A stretch of DNA of 64,000 nucleotides from Phaeosaccion multiseriatum (taxonomy: Eukaryota > Protista > Ochrophyta, other classes). Shown here in pieces: positions 13,672 through 23,007 of the stretch. The DNA lies in NCBI GenBank assembly GCA_965112735.1, contig OZ218956.1:806001-870000 (forward strand), read 5' to 3'. Every line of letters begins with the position of its first letter. The stretch's first letter is position 1. The notes beneath the pieces were generated by a model. The model made no database searches, was not told where the DNA came from, and saw nothing but the letters and a program-made list of their open reading frames with translations. A program made the translations under genes and the position numbers.

Positions 13672-13917
13672 CTTCTCTCGCCGGTGACGGGGCTTCCACG
13701 CTCCCTCGTCGCCCTTTCCTCTCCATCCGTGTCGCGGGGTTCTTCCACCCTAATCTCTCCGCCTCCTCCCTTCCCCACCGCGTGTGGTCCTTTTCCTGCG
13801 GCGTGGTGTTCCTTCCCGCCCAAATCCTCTGCCGCAGCCGCCGCACCAACCGCCCCACCGCAGCCGTCCTGCCTGCGCCCTCAGCACCTGTTGTCCATCG
13901 CCCCGGAGCAGCTCAGC

Positions 13918-15726
13918 ATGTCTGTCTATGGCTCCTCGGCGGATCTCCGCCTCACCTTCGACGATTCCTTCTCGGACAAAGCTTTTGTGGTTATTAAGGA
14001 GGCTGACAACGAGCTCGACTTCATGGCCGGCACTCTCTCTATGGGGGGCACCTCGTCACAGCCCACCTACACCCTGCGCTACCTGGACGACTCTGACAAC
14101 CTGACTTTCGATGAGTGGACCTCGCTACTCGCCAAGGGGGCCAAATTTCGACGGACCCCTACCCTCAAAGTCCGCTCTCGCCCCACCACTCCGCTAGAGG
14201 AAGGGGTCCTCTGGCACCTTATCTCCGACGCTACCCTCGAGCAGCTCGCACCCGGGGGGCCTGCCCAACTGGATCCCGCAGCCCGCCACCTTGGGGCCCT
14301 TTTTGACCCCATGGAGCGCGAGGCGGCAGCTGCCGAGCTTGTGGAGGAGGAGAGGCCCGCTACAGACGCGGAGGGGGTGGAGGAGGTTGCCGCTGGAGGG
14401 GGTGATACTTCCCCGGGGGACGCGGAGGTGGATGCCGAGGATGGCGAGGAGGAGGGGAAGGAACACGAGGCCGAGCCGGCCGCAGACGCGGCCATGGTGG
14501 TGGCTCCTGTCTCTGCGACGACGCCCCAAGCCCCTGTGACGCAGGAGCTCCGCGATTTGGAGCTCGCCGCCCACCGCATGGAGTTGGAGGAGCGCATGGC
14601 TGCCGTTCGCGACCGCCAGCGTCATCGGGAGTTGGCGTCCCAACTCGACCTCGACAAGCTCGCCCAAGCCCGTGCCCTCTCCGCCAAGGAATCTGCGGTC
14701 GCCCTCAGTCGCGCTTCCCGTGACGCCGAGGCCCTTGCCCTCTCGGAGGCGACCTGCACTGAATCCAAAGGTAAAGAAATTCCCACTGCTGCCCTCCTGC
14801 TCAACAGAGGCACCGCCAGCCCGGTCATCAAGAGGGGTGCTGCGGGGATGAAGGAAGTCGCCCAACGCTTCCACATCACCGCCTCCACTGCCCTCGACCC
14901 CATCTCCTTGCTGGGGCTTCGCTCGGGCTGTCTCGGCCTCGTCGACGACTTCCAACTGGAATGCGTGGCCCCCGTCGCGGCCGCAGTGGCCAACAAGGCC
15001 AGCACTACCCTCGACATGACGGAGCTGAAGCAGCGTAGTGCGGAAGGGGGGGGGGCCGTCACCCCCCTCCCGAAGGTGCAGCGCCGACCACCGACCACCC
15101 TCCATGCCCTCCACCTCACCCTTACGAATTTTGTGGCCCTCTTCCACATGGTGTTCCCCGCCAACTCGGACATCTTCACCGACTTCACCACCCTCGTGGC
15201 CCTGCTAGCGGAGGTGGTGCCTCGCCACGAGCCCCTGTTTCTCGGCATGACGCCGTCCATCACCATCACGGTTCTCAACAAGTCGCTGGCGCTGCACACC
15301 GCCGAGTGCGCCCGCTGGATCGGCCGCCAACCCCTGCCGGTGCGCGACTTCTCCACCGCCCCCGTCTTCTCGCTGGACTCCATGCTCACTGCGGGGGCCT
15401 CGCCGTCGGCGGCGATGCTGCACATGGAAGGCATGGTGGCCACTGCGGTGGCCGCCGCTCTGCACACCTTTCCTGCCGTTCGAGGAGGGGGAGGGGGCCT
15501 CACTGCGAGCCGGGGAATCTGCCTCGGCCTCCTGAAGACGCGCACCTGCACCACCCCCGACTGCCCCTTTGCCCCCTGCACTCCCAGCACCCTCACCTTC
15601 CCGCAGAAACGCCAAGCCCTCACTGCCCTCAAGACTCTCGGCACCCAGCCCTCCCCCGTTGACTGCGCTCACGCGCTGTCCATGGCCCAGCAGTTGGACC
15701 TCACGGGCGTGCCCTGGTGGCAATGA
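13918..15726 (+). CDS. ORF1, gag-like protein (602 aa from the first ATG) with an acidic/coiled-coil N-half and a C-terminal Cys cluster
   Basis: First ATG at 13918 in a long open frame, positioned upstream of RT. The motif ICLGLLKTRTCTTPDCPFAPC resembles the CCCH-type fingers of YR-element ORF1s. Confidence 0.8.
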   Translation: MSVYGSSADLRLTFDDSFSDKAFVVIKEADNELDFMAGTLSMGGTSSQPTYTLRYLDDSDNLTFDEWTSLLAKGAKFRRTPTLKVRSRPTTPLEEGVLWHLISDATLEQLAPGGPAQLDPAARHLGALFDPMEREAAAAELVEEERPATDAEGVEEVAAGGGDTSPGDAEVDAEDGEEEGKEHEAEPAADAAMVVAPVSATTPQAPVTQELRDLELAAHRMELEERMAAVRDRQRHRELASQLDLDKLAQARALSAKESAVALSRASRDAEALALSEATCTESKGKEIPTAALLLNRGTASPVIKRGAAGMKEVAQRFHITASTALDPISLLGLRSGCLGLVDDFQLECVAPVAAAVANKASTTLDMTELKQRSAEGGGAVTPLPKVQRRPPTTLHALHLTLTNFVALFHMVFPANSDIFTDFTTLVALLAEVVPRHEPLFLGMTPSITITVLNKSLALHTAECARWIGRQPLPVRDFSTAPVFSLDSMLTAGASPSAAMLHMEGMVATAVAAALHTFPAVRGGGGGLTASRGICLGLLKTRTCTTPDCPFAPCTPSTLTFPQKRQALTALKTLGTQPSPVDCAHALSMAQQLDLTGVPWWQ

Positions 15727-18045
15727 GGGCGCCCTGGCGCCGACGGACCCTCGACGGTGCCATCAGGGAGCGATAAGGAGGGCCCTCCACCCGCGGAGGG
15801 CCGGCCGCCACGGCGGCCCCCTGAAGGGGCCCTGTACCGCAGGTCGGCCGACCCAGCCTGGGTGGAGCAGACTTTCCTGAGTGCGTCAGCGTTGGGCAGC
15901 AGGGCGAGGGGTGGGGGGGTGTGCTTTAGCTCCGCCGTGGTCAAACTCCACGACCAAGGCTTGGCGGCTTTCCACGGCGACTTGGGGGCCTACGTGGAGT
16001 GGCTCGGCCCTCCCTTCGCCCCCGACTACTTCCACACCGACCGCATTCGTGCTGTCTTCGCAGGAGTGCCGCTGTGGCCAGAGTTGGAGGAAATCACCAC
16101 CAAGGGGGCCACCGTACCTGGGGAGTTTTCTGCCGTCACTTCTCCGCAGCGCCTTGCCTACCGCAACCACGAGGGAGGGCGTGAACATGCCGTCGCCTTG
16201 GAGGCCATGGCGGCCGCCAGTGCCGCTGCCGGTCAAGTTTTGCTTGTGTCGCTCTCGGTGGCCTTGCAATATTTTTCCCAATTCAGGCACTCCTTCTTGA
16301 GCGCCATCCTCAAGCCGAACGGAAAGCTACGCCAGGTCCTCGACCCCTCCTGCTCCCTCCACGGCGAGCCCACTTCCAACAGCCAGACGGACAAGACGCG
16401 CCTCGTCGACATGAAGGGGCAGAACGCTTTGCTGGAGATTATCACGCACATCTACAACTTGAATGTCTCCCTCGCCCCCGCAGCGTGGGATATTTTGATC
16501 TCCAAGACCGACGTCTCTGCTGCCTTCAACTGGGTCTACTACTCCCGCAGTGGCGCGCTCTGGCCCTTCTTCTGCTCCATCATTGGCTCAGTCGTCATCT
16601 TCGATCTTCGCTGCGCCTTCGGCCCCTGCTCCTCTCCTGCCTTCTACTTCGTGCTGGCCCAGAGCATCGTTGCCGTCATCCTTGCTACTCCACTCGCGGC
16701 GGAGATTGTCATCCCCTCGTGCTGCAATGGCCGCATCCCCGGCCTCGAGCTTGTACAAGTGGAGGAGCAGAAATGCCAACGGCGGAAAATGCGAGGTGCT
16801 CCGACGGCGGCGGTTTCGGCAGCTCAACAATCGGCGGCTTGCCACGGAGACGACACTATCGCTGTCTGGGCGGTCCCTCGGGACGTCCCCGCCCTCCAGC
16901 GCTGCGCAGGGGCCTTGCGGCTGAGTGCCCTCATACTTTCTACGCACTATAACCTCTTCAGCTGGCCGGGGGAGCACCCTCATGTCCCCTCCTGCATCAA
17001 CCTCGAGAAGCACGGCGTAGAGGGGAGCTGGCTCTCCTGCCAGCGGGTCTTGGGCATCATGATTGACACTGTGCGGGGGACTGCTTCGCTCCGCCCCGAT
17101 AAGCTGGAGGAGCTGCAGATTCTTTTGGCTGAGTGGGGGCCAGAGCGACATTTTGCCTCGCTGAAGGAGCTCCAGTCTGTCATCGGGAAACTCCGGAGCA
17201 TGAGCTACTGCGTAGGGCCCGGTCGCTACATGCTCCGCCAGCTCACCAACCTCACTCGACACTGCGGCTTCTCGCCCCACGCTCGCATCACGCTCTCCTC
17301 TCAAGCGCACTTCGACCTGCAGCGGTGGCGGGATCTTTTAGATTGGGGGGTGAAAGATCCCTCCGTCTTGGTCCGCCCTTTAGAATTGATGGTGAAGCGA
17401 GTCCCGGATATCGTATTGGATGGAGATGCAGCAGTGTGGGTGGACTCAGAGGGGGCTATCAGGGGGGGAGGCATTGTGTGGGAGGCAGCAGGACTTTTCG
17501 CGCAGTGGGAGTGGCCTCCCGAGGTACGGGCTGCTCACCAGGCGTCTCCACAGCTCATCTCCATCAACGACCTCGAGATGGCAGTGATTGTGGTGGGCAT
17601 CTGCACTTTTTGGCTGCACGACCCAGCCAGCTTCTGTCTCGCTGGCGTCTTGGTCAGAGGGGACAACACCAGCTCCCTCTCGTGGATTGAGCACCAGGGA
17701 GCGGCCAACAGTGACATTTCCAATGGTCTGGCAGGACTGGTGGGCCTTTTGGAGATCGGAGCGCAGTGCAGCCTCAACGTCGAGCACGTCGAAGGGGCGA
17801 AGAACATCATCCCCGACGGCCTCAGCCGCTACTCCCTCGATTATCTCATCGGTACTGACCACCTTTCTCCCATCTCTCCCATGTTTCAGCCGCTGACGGA
17901 GTGGCAACAGCTGGAGCCCAACTCAACGATTATGGACGCCGTTTTCGCAACCTTGCGTGGGGAGCCGCAGCGAGCGGTCTCAGGCCTGCAACCGTTCGTC
18001 GCTACGCGACGGTCCAGCGTCAGTGGACTGACTTCTGCGGTCTAG
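15727..18045 (+). CDS. Reverse transcriptase / RNase H (DIRS type), in frame with ORF1 after a single TGA
   Basis: RT motifs: LKPNGKLRQVLDPS, SKTDVSAAF, LRCAFGPCSSPAFY, CHGDD, RVLGIMID. RNase H motifs: LDGDAA..GGGIV, INDLEM, RGDNTSSLSW, HVEGAKNIIPDGLSR. Confidence 0.92.
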   Translation, partial: GRPGADGPSTVPSGSDKEGPPPAEGRPPRRPPEGALYRRSADPAWVEQTFLSASALGSRARGGGVCFSSAVVKLHDQGLAAFHGDLGAYVEWLGPPFAPDYFHTDRIRAVFAGVPLWPELEEITTKGATVPGEFSAVTSPQRLAYRNHEGGREHAVALEAMAAASAAAGQVLLVSLSVALQYFSQFRHSFLSAILKPNGKLRQVLDPSCSLHGEPTSNSQTDKTRLVDMKGQNALLEIITHIYNLNVSLAPAAWDILISKTDVSAAFNWVYYSRSGALWPFFCSIIGSVVIFDLRCAFGPCSSPAFYFVLAQSIVAVILATPLAAEIVIPSCCNGRIPGLELVQVEEQKCQRRKMRGAPTAAVSAAQQSAACHGDDTIAVWAVPRDVPALQRCAGALRLSALILSTHYNLFSWPGEHPHVPSCINLEKHGVEGSWLSCQRVLGIMIDTVRGTASLRPDKLEELQILLAEWGPERHFASLKELQSVIGKLRSMSYCVGPGRYMLRQLTNLTRHCGFSPHARITLSSQAHFDLQRWRDLLDWGVKDPSVLVRPLELMVKRVPDIVLDGDAAVWVDSEGAIRGGGIVWEAAGLFAQWEWPPEVRAAHQASPQLISINDLEMAVIVVGICTFWLHDPASFCLAGVLVRGDNTSSLSWIEHQGAANSDISNGLAGLVGLLEIGAQCSLNVEHVEGAKNIIPDGLSRYSLDYLIGTDHLSPISPMFQPLTEWQQLEPNSTIMDAVFATLRGEPQRAVSGLQPFVATRRSSVSGLTSAV

Positions 18046-19635
18046 CAGGCGTTCCCGTGTTACTGTTTGGAGATGACGACCCTCGCAATGCGGAGGTATT
18101 CATGGCGTTCATAGCGTGGTGCCGAGAGGAGAGGGGCAACGGTGCGGCCACTCTGAGGGGCAAGGGCCCAGGGGTGAATGACCTCTTCTCGCGGGAGGGG
18201 CTCAAGGGGCCTGCAGTCGGGAGGCAGGTCCACCTGCTCCTTCGGAGCTACAGGCTGGAGGACGGAGACAGCGTACAGCAGCTGCCAGTAGACGTGGACA
18301 TTCTTCGCAGCACCAGACGGGAGCTGCGAGGGGAGGGGGAGAGAGGGCACATGTTAGGGGCCCTCATCCTCCTGGGGTGGTTCTTTCTCATGCGAGTGAG
18401 CGAGTTCGCCCCGAACAGTGTGAGTGGAGGGACAGATGAAGACTACATTCTCACTCATCACGATGTTACCTTCGCAGATAGAGCGAGCCGGAGCTACACT
18501 GGACAAGAGGCGCTTGCCGCGATCGAGGAAGGAGTGGAGCTGTGCCGCGTCATGTTAGAAGTCGTGCTTTTGCTAGACTGGTACCTACCCTCTGAATTCA
18601 GACCGGGAGGTACCAGTCTAGCAAAAGCACGACTTCTAACAAGCCCTAGGGCTTGTTAGAAGTCGAACCCCCCCCCCCCCACCGCACATAGTGGAGAGAA
18701 GTAACTCGCAGTCTGGGAATCAGACTAATGGGTGCCAGCCGGTACCAATTTTCGCCGAAAAACACACTTTTTTCACAAGCTACAGCCAGGATTCGAACTC
18801 GCAATGGCCTTGTTAGAAGTCGTGCTTTTGCTAGACTGGTACCTACCCTCTGAATATATATAATAAATATTCAGAGGGTAGGTACCAGTCTAGCAAAAGC
18901 ACGACTTCTAACAAGGCCATTGCGAGTTCGAATCCTGGCTGTAGCTTGTGAAAAAAGTGTGTTTTTCGGCGAAAATTGGTACCGGCTGGCACCCATTAGT
19001 CTGATTCCCAGACTGCGAGTTACTTCTCTCCACTATGTGCGGTGGGGGGGGGGGGGTTCGACTTCTAGCATTAGGGCTTGTTAGAAGTCGTGCTTTTGCT
19101 AGACTGGTACCTCCCGGTCTGAATTCAGAGGGTAGGTACCAGTCTAGCAAAAGCACGACTTCTAACAGTCACTCTCGTCTTCACTGGTAGCAAGACGGAC
19201 ACCTTCAGGAGAGGAGAAGTGCGGACACACGAGCGGACGGGGGTCGTCGACTTGTGTCCAGTGGAGGCTGCCCTGGAGGCGGTGCGCTGCCACTACCGAC
19301 GAACGGAGCAGGAGCGGGAGGCAGCAGGGGGTAGTGCCCTCCTTTCCTCCTATGTGGAGGAGTCGGGGAGGAGGAAGTGCGTCACCTCCCACCAAGTCAG
19401 CAAGGCACTGAAGAGGGGAGCTCAGCAGATTGGTAGGGATCCAGCACGCATCTCATCCCACTCCTTGCGGAGCGGTGGGGCTACGGCATTGGCGGCAAGC
19501 GGCGCTGACTGGCGACTCCTGCAGTTCTGGGGCAGGTGGGCGTCGGCGACAGCCTTTCAGTACGCGCACCGTACGGTGGAGGAGGCTCTTGGCTGGGCAG
19601 GGCGCATGCTGCATGCAGACACGGCAGCGCCCTGA
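17890..19635 (+). pseudogene. Tyrosine recombinase, interrupted by a 615-bp insertion and otherwise intact
   Basis: N-terminal SAM-like region (ATVRRY..W..FC) and catalytic residues R (FLMRVSEF), K (GSKTD), HxxR (HSLRSGGAT), W (WGRW) and Y (AFQY). Removing 18553-19171 restores one open frame to TGA 19635. Confidence 0.9.
18553..19167. mobile_element. 615-bp foldback MITE with TGT...ACA termini and a 4-bp TSD (GTCA)
   Basis: GTCA occurs at 18549-18552 and 19168-19171, and the empty site is visible at ~10525-10540. The whole element is an almost perfect inverted repeat centred at ~18860. Confidence 0.9.
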
Positions 19636-19782
19636 GGACTTTGGGTGAATGGGGGATGAGCGGTTCCTCTGAACCGCTGCCCCCAAAGGCCCGTGCTCGC
19701 CCCCGTCAGGGGAGCGACACCCCAGGGACACTGTGTGCCTCGAGGTGAGTCCTTCTTAGGACTGCACTCTTCATGAAAAGTA

Positions 19783-20065
19783 ACGCCGGGCATTGGCTCA
19801 GCACAACAGGCCCAACTGAGATACTACATTGCCACAACAGCGCCAAGTGGGGCCTTGGATGGACTCAATTGGCCCAATCTGGCTCTGTGCTGGGATCAGA
19901 AAAGCCCAAAGCCCGAGCAACGCGTTTGCTGGCCACAACATGCCCACACCGGGCATTGGCTCAGCACAACAGGCCCAACTGAGATACTACATTGCCAACA
20001 CAGCGCCAAATGGGGCCTTGGATGGGCTCAAATGGCCCAATCTGGCTCTGTGCTGGGATCAAAAA
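19783..20065. repeat. Satellite, ~1.7 monomers between two elements
   Basis: Same monomer as the main array. Confidence 0.95.
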
Positions 20066-21430
20066 AAGCCTGTTCAGCAGCGCAGCAACGGAACTTTGTT
20101 TCTCGCGGAACAGAGACGAGGAAGAGGTGGGAGACCTGGGAGCCAGCAGGGCGAAGCGTCAGCGTAGGTGCTTGGTACCGCCCCAAGGGGGGGGGTCCCC
20201 TCTGGGGAGATGTACAGTATGTCAGTGAAGCAGGGAATTTAGATTTTTCAGAAGAGGAGAGACCTTGGCGTGTGCTGTCACTTACTGAGGCGGCGGAGAC
20301 AGAGCCCAGGAAGAGTGGAGCACACTGTCAAGGAGGAGAGTAGATACTGGTGTGGTGGAAAGCGAGCCTCTTGTCCTGGGCCCGGACAGAGCGCTTGTGT
20401 CGGCCAAGGGGACCCGCCTGGTGTTGAGTACCGGGGTCCTCGTGGGCGAGGGAAGGAGAGATAGGGAGACTGTGTCTGGTGTTGAGTGCCGACAGTGTCC
20501 ACGGTGTTGAGTGCCGGAACTCTTCTTTTCTTTCCCTTTGCCGGTGTTGTGGGGCTCTACGGCTTAGGAACGGTGTCTGGTGTTGAGTGCCGACCGCCTC
20601 CCCGGTGTTGAGTGCCGGCGCCTTTTGCCCTCTTCGCCCTTTCTTCCTTGCTGGTATCGCCGTAGGATCCGCGTCCGGTGTTGAGGCCGACGCCCTACTC
20701 ATCTCTCCGCCCTCTCCTCTCTCCCGTGGCCCAAGGTTTGGGGGGTGTGGTCCACGGCATTTTTTGTCTTTTTACGAGACGAAAGGGGCTCCCGGGTGAC
20801 GGCAGGCCCCTTAGCTCTTCCAGGTGTTTGTCTGTATGTTTGTGTGTGTATGTCCAGACGGTGTTTCTGTGTGTAGGGTGCGTATTTCCTGTGTTTGGCG
20901 TGCGAATATGCGCCTCCTCCGCAAAGGAGGCTGGCTCTGCGCGCGGTGACAACAGCGGCTCATCCCTCGCCATTCCGGCCCTCAACGGCGGGCGGGGCAG
21001 TCCTAGGCAACAGCAGCCGTGGTCACTGCCCCTACACACGATGTGTGTTTGTATCTGTGTGTGCTGGTCTGCGTCTGTGTGTGCTAGTGTGCGTTTGTGG
21101 GTGCTGGTGTCCCTGTATTGTGCCTTTGTCTATATCTGTGTGCCTGTGAATGTTTGTGTACGTCTGCGTGTTTAAGTGTACCTCCCTTGTTGTTGGAGTG
21201 TCTCCCCCCTACAACAGCAGTATGGCCAGAAGGAGGCGTGCTGGTCGCCACTGAGCTTGCCTGCAGTCTCTCTGGATGGGTGGGGGCGTAGCTGACCTTC
21301 GATACGGGAGCTCGCACGGCTCACCTCCGGCAGCTACATCCGAGAGACATATCGGGCCGAGGAGCGGCGAAGGGAAGGAGACGGACTACAGCTGTACCTC
21401 CCTCACCATCTCGAACGCATGGGAGGGGGT

Positions 21431-23007
21431 GTTGGAAGGCCCCGGGATAGGCATTGGGGATGTTGGAAGGCCTCAGATGAGATGGGCCATAAGTCAATGG
21501 CCCAGGCCCAGGCAGATACAGTGAGAACGGGTGGCGTGGCTCTCACTATCCTATGTGCGAAGGTGGTCGTTTAGGACTAGCATGCGATAAGTTAATAGAG
21601 GCAAGGCTGGCTGCTAGGCTGGCTTTGGGGTTGCTGTTACCTTGTCCGTGTGTCTAGTTCTATCCTATCTGTAGGCGACAGCGCATGTCGGTCGTGCGTA
21701 CGTCGTTTTACAACCCCAAAGGCCCGAAAGCAGCACTTAGCCAAGAGGCTTAGGCAGGGAAGGACGAGGCGTGTTAGGGGAGCACCGTGCGGCACATAAG
21801 CAGTGCCGTACGACGTGCGACAGCAGCGACAGCAGTGGAGCTGTTGTTGCACGGAGAGGCGGGAGTGGAGAGAGAATTGCCGGGAGTGGTGTCTACAGCG
21901 GGCACAGCTTTCGAGTGTGGCAGCAGCACGGATGTTGTTGTTGCACGGAAATGGATGCTGAAGGTTGGTGGGCAGTGGAGAGAGAAAATTGCCGGGAGTG
22001 GTGTCTACAGCGGGCACAGCTTTCGAGTGTGGCAGCAGCACGGATGTTGTTGTTGCACGGAAATGGATGCTGAAGGTTGGTGGGCAGTGGAGAGAGAGAG
22101 ATTTGCCGGGAGCGGTGTCTTACAGCGGGCACGGCTTTCGAGTGTGGCAGCAGCACGGATGTTGTTGTTGCACGGAAATGGATGCTGGAGGTTGGTGGGC
22201 AGTGGAGACAGAGAATTGCCGAGAGCGGTGCCTACAGCGGGCACGGCTTTCGAGTGTGGTAGCAGCACGGATGTTGTTGTTGCACGGAGCTTGGTGGGAG
22301 ACAGAGAAGGATACTCGCAAGGCTGCTTTAGGGACTGTCTGGGTGCCTTGTAGGCACACCAGTAAACACTTTAGCAGTCAGCATTAGTGGTGCGCAACGA
22401 GGCTTTGGCAACGCTGGTGGCGAGTAGGAGTGGAGAAAGATATGGCGCGGGTGAGTTTGAGTTGTGGGATGTTCTCATCCGTGAGCCTGTGTGGGTGAGT
22501 TTGAGTCGTGGGACTTTCTCATCAATACAGGGGGTGTGTGTGGGAGGAGCGGTCGCACACATCTGGGTGAGTATTGCATAATGCTCATCCGTTTTCTTTT
22601 TTTGGAAGCAGCATGGAGGCTTGTGCGACAGTCGAGCTTCAGTAGGCGAATCCGCTTGTGTTGCGTGGGGACACGCAACAGTCTTGTCAAGGGGATGTTG
22701 GAAGTGGCGGATAGCTATTGGGGATGTTGGAAGGCCCCGGGATAGGCATTGGGGATGTTGGAAGGCCTCAGATGAGATGGGCCATAAGTCAATGGCCCAG
22801 GCCCAGGCAGATACAGTGAGAACGGGTGGCGTGGCTCTCACTATCCTATGTGCGAAGGTGGTCGTTTAGGACTAGCATGCGATAAGTTAATAGAGGCAAG
22901 GCTGGCTGCTAGGCTGGCTTTGGGGTTGCTGTTACCTTGTCCGTGTGTCTAGTTCTATCCTATCTGTAGGCGACAGCGCATGTCGGTCGTGCGTACGTCG
23001 TTTTACA
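21431..23007 (+). repeat. 282-bp direct repeat (21431-21712 and 22726-23007) flanking ~1 kb
   Basis: The sequence gttggaaggccccggg...cgtcgttttaca is repeated at offset 1295. Confidence 0.9.
21860..22290. repeat. ~112-115-bp minisatellite, ~4 copies
   Basis: Tandem copies of ...ctacagcgggcacagctttcgagtgtggcagcagcacggatgttgttgttgcacgga... Confidence 0.9.

Larger units (their letters stand above)
13161..19782 (+). mobile_element. Autonomous-type tyrosine-recombinase retrotransposon (DIRS order, Ngaro/PAT-like split-direct-repeat group), family 1. 3'-truncated within B1, with YR disrupted by a MITE
   Basis: A repeat 13161-13671, gag-like ORF, RT/RNase H ORF, overlapping YR ORF and partial B repeat 19651-19782. 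Satellite flanks both sides. No methyltransferase domain was seen. Confidence 0.92.

Noticed and set aside
13633-13917. ORF-finder start of ORF1 at GTG 13633
   Set aside because: It begins inside the A repeat and pyrimidine-rich leader. The first ATG at 13918 is the more plausible eukaryotic start.
14194-15723. Long minus-strand ORFs (317 aa, 340 aa) opposite ORF1
   Set aside because: Antisense shadows of a GC-rich coding frame with no recognisable motifs.
18900-18950. tRNA-like sequence (gacttctaa...gagttcgaatcc, B-box) in the MITE arm
   Set aside because: The T-stem and acceptor stem do not pair and there is no cloverleaf. At most a B-box-like relic.
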